Part shown: positions 63,882 through 64,000 of the stretch, one piece after another
Numbering within the stretch: position 1 is the stretch's first letter
How the letters are laid out: each line of letters begins with the position of its first letter
Source of the DNA: Pseudomonadota bacterium
Lineage (GTDB): Bacteria > Pseudomonadota > Gammaproteobacteria > Burkholderiales > JACQAP01
Assembly: GCA_038040175.1 (NCBI GenBank)
Contig: JBBPIT010000009.1
Span: 6,931 to 70,930, forward strand
DNA length: 64,000 bases
Direction: 5' to 3'
The notes under the pieces: model-generated
Told to the model about the DNA's origin: nothing
Databases searched by the model: none
The model's input: only the letters and a program-made list of their open reading frames with translations
Program-made: the position numbers and the translations under genes

Positions 63882-64000
63882 ATGAAATTCCGTTTCCCTG
63901 TCGTCATCATCGATGAAGACTTCCGCTCGGAAAATACCAGCGGCCTCGGCGTTCGCGCACTTGCCAAGGCGCTGGAGGACGAGGGCATGGAGGTGCTGGG
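63882..64000 (+). CDS. Orn/Lys/Arg decarboxylase family protein, N-terminal 39 codons only (window edge)
   Basis: MKFRFPVVIIDEDFRSENTSGLGVRALAKALEDEGMEVLG resembles the N-terminal wing domain of large PLP decarboxylases. It is too short to be sure. Confidence 0.5.
   Translation, partial: MKFRFPVVIIDEDFRSENTSGLGVRALAKALEDEGMEVL

Noticed and set aside
1-64000. tRNA, rRNA, tmRNA, riboswitches or prophage/transposase genes.
   Set aside because: Scanning the intergenic regions by eye found no T-loop-like GGTTCGAATCC-type motifs and no conserved rRNA stretches. No ORF resembles an integrase, transposase or phage structural protein. A covariance-model scan (tRNAscan-SE, Infernal) would be needed to exclude small RNAs.

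Overview
A GC-rich bacterial chromosomal segment: hand-counted 100-nt samples give about 60-68% GC. It is gene-dense, with roughly 60 credible protein genes. I saw no rRNA, tRNA or CRISPR array and no integrase or transposase.

Layout:
- 0-19 kb: periplasmic redox and hydrolase genes. These are a PQQ dehydrogenase, several CxxCH heme-c proteins, a Tat amidohydrolase, an enolase-superfamily enzyme, panE, an aminotransferase, alpha/beta hydrolases and an epoxide hydrolase.
- 19.1-26.4 kb: a complete, translationally coupled coenzyme F420 biosynthesis operon on the minus strand (fbiC, LLM oxidoreductase, npdG, cofE, stand-alone nitroreductase, cofD, cofC). It is followed by a DUF3500 / FAD-monooxygenase / PPOX-like operon.
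- 29.4-31.2 kb: a scarred patch with vapBC and phd/doc-type toxin-antitoxin modules lying between gene fragments.
- 31.5-38 kb: a TRAP transporter and a 1068-aa MalT-like STAND ATPase with a C-terminal SARP module.
- 38-44 kb: an accessory patch with two nucleotidyltransferase-type two-gene modules, secreted proteins of unknown function, an orphan Phd antitoxin with a decayed vapC, and a transporter fragment.
- 44-64 kb: mostly housekeeping genes (IorB-like molybdoenzyme subunit, tlpA-like, metY, MFS, EamA, trhO, dnaE, acyP, metG, apbC, dcd, start of an Orn/Lys/Arg decarboxylase). I associate the metG/apbC/dcd neighbourhood with Beta- or Gammaproteobacteria, but that is inference only.

Most unusual observations:
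1. metG carries an in-frame 498-bp cassette bounded by terminal inverted repeats. It encodes an intact DUF559 (Vsr-like endonuclease fold) domain in the linker before the C-terminal tRNA-binding domain. The cassette lies inside a roughly 1.1-kb tract of much lower GC.
2. At least ten intergenic hairpin elements have arms built from tandem 7-bp units (GTGAAGG/CCTTCAC, GTGAGGC, CACGAAG and others). In most two-armed copies the purine-rich arm follows the upstream stop codon and the pyrimidine-rich arm precedes the downstream start codon.
3. The F420 block is bracketed by direct copies of an epoxide-hydrolase 3' end.

All functional calls rest on my own reading of the translations. No database search was run.
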